Shown piece after piece: positions 62,701 to 64,000 of a stretch of DNA of 64,000 nt (position 1 is its first letter; each line of letters begins with the position of its first letter). The notes beneath the pieces were generated by a model, which saw only the letters and a program-made list of their open reading frames with translations, was not told the DNA's origin and did no database searches. The DNA lies in contig CM120643.1 in NCBI GenBank assembly GCA_051362555.1, positions 7,254,001-7,318,000 on the forward strand, read 5' to 3'. The DNA is from Lingula anatina (Eukaryota; Animalia; Brachiopoda). The position numbers and the translations under genes were made by a program.

Positions 62701-63183
62701 CAAATGTACAGATAAATGCAGAAAATAACGACACAGAAAAGATGTAATTTTATCAATTTTGATGCAATAATAAAGAATGATTATAACAGCACAGTCAATC
62801 AACACTAAAATTTAATCATGCACAACAGGTAACATGGTCAATAAGATTATAGTTTCAGGATCATGAGAGTTCAAATTCAAATAATGAAAATACCAATATG
62901 TGAAAAATGATGACAGTACATAAAATTATATCACATAATGTTTAAAGAAATAAATACCAAAACTATTGCTTATGTGGAAATACAGAAAATGTACAGAGCT
63001 TTGGGTGGATAGGAGTTAAAAGTCACATCTTGAAGATGCCAGTGTTTGAAATAAAAAAAAAAAATTTATAAAAGGAAACATAGCAAAAAATATTCCAATA
63101 AAGCTGGTATTCAAACTTTCAATCTAGTTGTATTAACACAATATAACCCCACTGAGTTTGAGGATAATAAGGCACTGTTATAC

Positions 63184-63204
<21 letters not shown>

Positions 63205-63223
<19 letters not shown>

Positions 63224-63815
63224 GCTTCTTATATGGCACCTTACATGCTACCTCAAGGCGCCTTACAATAATGGATAATGTAACTAAAATCATCAAAATG
63301 ACTATAATATTAAAGTCTAACTCACTCATTGGAATCCATTTAAAATTAACACTACTAAAAACTCAATCTTATTAAAATATATAAAAAAATCTAAGAGCAA
63401 TAGACAGATTTTAAAATGTGGGTCTTTAGAAGGGATTTAAAAGTGTCAAAGTCTTCTGCTGTTCTAATAAAATTTGCTAAGGCACTCCACACTTTGGGGG
63501 CATAGATTGTAAAAGCCCAATCACCATAACTTTTGAGAGACCCTTTCTCTAAAACAGAATGTTGTAAAATAAAATCATTCTCAGTATTAAAATGTGTGGA
63601 CTGCTGTGGTGAGTTAAAACAGATAAGATCAGATAAATATATATATTTGGTCATTGTGTATGGATCGCCTTAAAAATAATACAAAGTACTTTATAATCAA
63701 TCCTCTGCTTCACTGGCAGCCAGTGTAATTCTTTCAGAATGGGAGTGATATGGTGTGTACTAATGCACTTTATTTGACAAACCAGTCTTGCAGCTGAGTT
63801 TTGAATAACTTTTAA
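63205..63815 (-). mobile_element. L2/CR1-clade LINE 3' end
   Basis: QNSAARLV...HITPILKELHWLPVKQRIDYK...YGDWAFTIYAPKVW...FKSLLKTH, then a 3' UTR gcgccttgag...ggtgccatataag stem-loop and a (TTA)n tail. Confidence 0.85.
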
Positions 63816-64000
63816 TAACTTATAATTTTATTCATCTATAGCATTAATGTTAGCATTACACAAAATAATTTTTTTCCTTTGTAAAATTATTTGCAATATT
63901 AAGCAACATTTACCTGCATAATTATCACTGATTCCTAATCATGTGACACTGTTAATTTAGACTTTTACAAACTGTATCTGGAAGAGAGCTAAGCCTATGG

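Overview
AT-rich, intron-containing animal genomic DNA (marine invertebrate-like; mollusc or other lophotrochozoan is plausible but not proven). There are no prokaryotic operons or CRISPR arrays. Three multi-exon protein-coding units were reconstructed by hand from GT-AG boundaries and exon phases. (1) A + strand CBM20 starch/glycogen-binding gene (33.1-38.8 kb) followed by an array of duplicated micro-exons. (2) A - strand four-exon PIF/Harbinger (HARBI1-like) transposase with an open 442-aa frame (39.6-42.2 kb). (3) A - strand 'mini-polycystin-1' gene (48.1-52.8 kb): signal peptide, TM, PLAT and 4 further TMs, with no GAIN/REJ ectodomain and no channel module. The first 13.5 kb is a mosaic of short, decayed coding fragments from unrelated mobile elements (Ulp1-like protease, P2X7-ballast/KolX, gypsy/Ginger integrase, Harbinger Myb/SANT, Mutator/Kolobok-like, hAT, TatD), all on the + strand. 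From about 32.4 to 10.5 kb, repeated splice-site-bounded non-coding exon cassettes lie on the - strand, embedded in a higher-order satellite. This suggests a divergent lncRNA, possibly a piRNA-precursor-like transcript antisense to those fragments (inference). The remainder is HINE/Helentron elements, MITEs, LINE 3' ends, a solo LTR, a Penelope remnant with a hammerhead motif, satellites and a ~2.5-kb dispersed duplication. All family assignments come from motif recognition by eye, not database searches.
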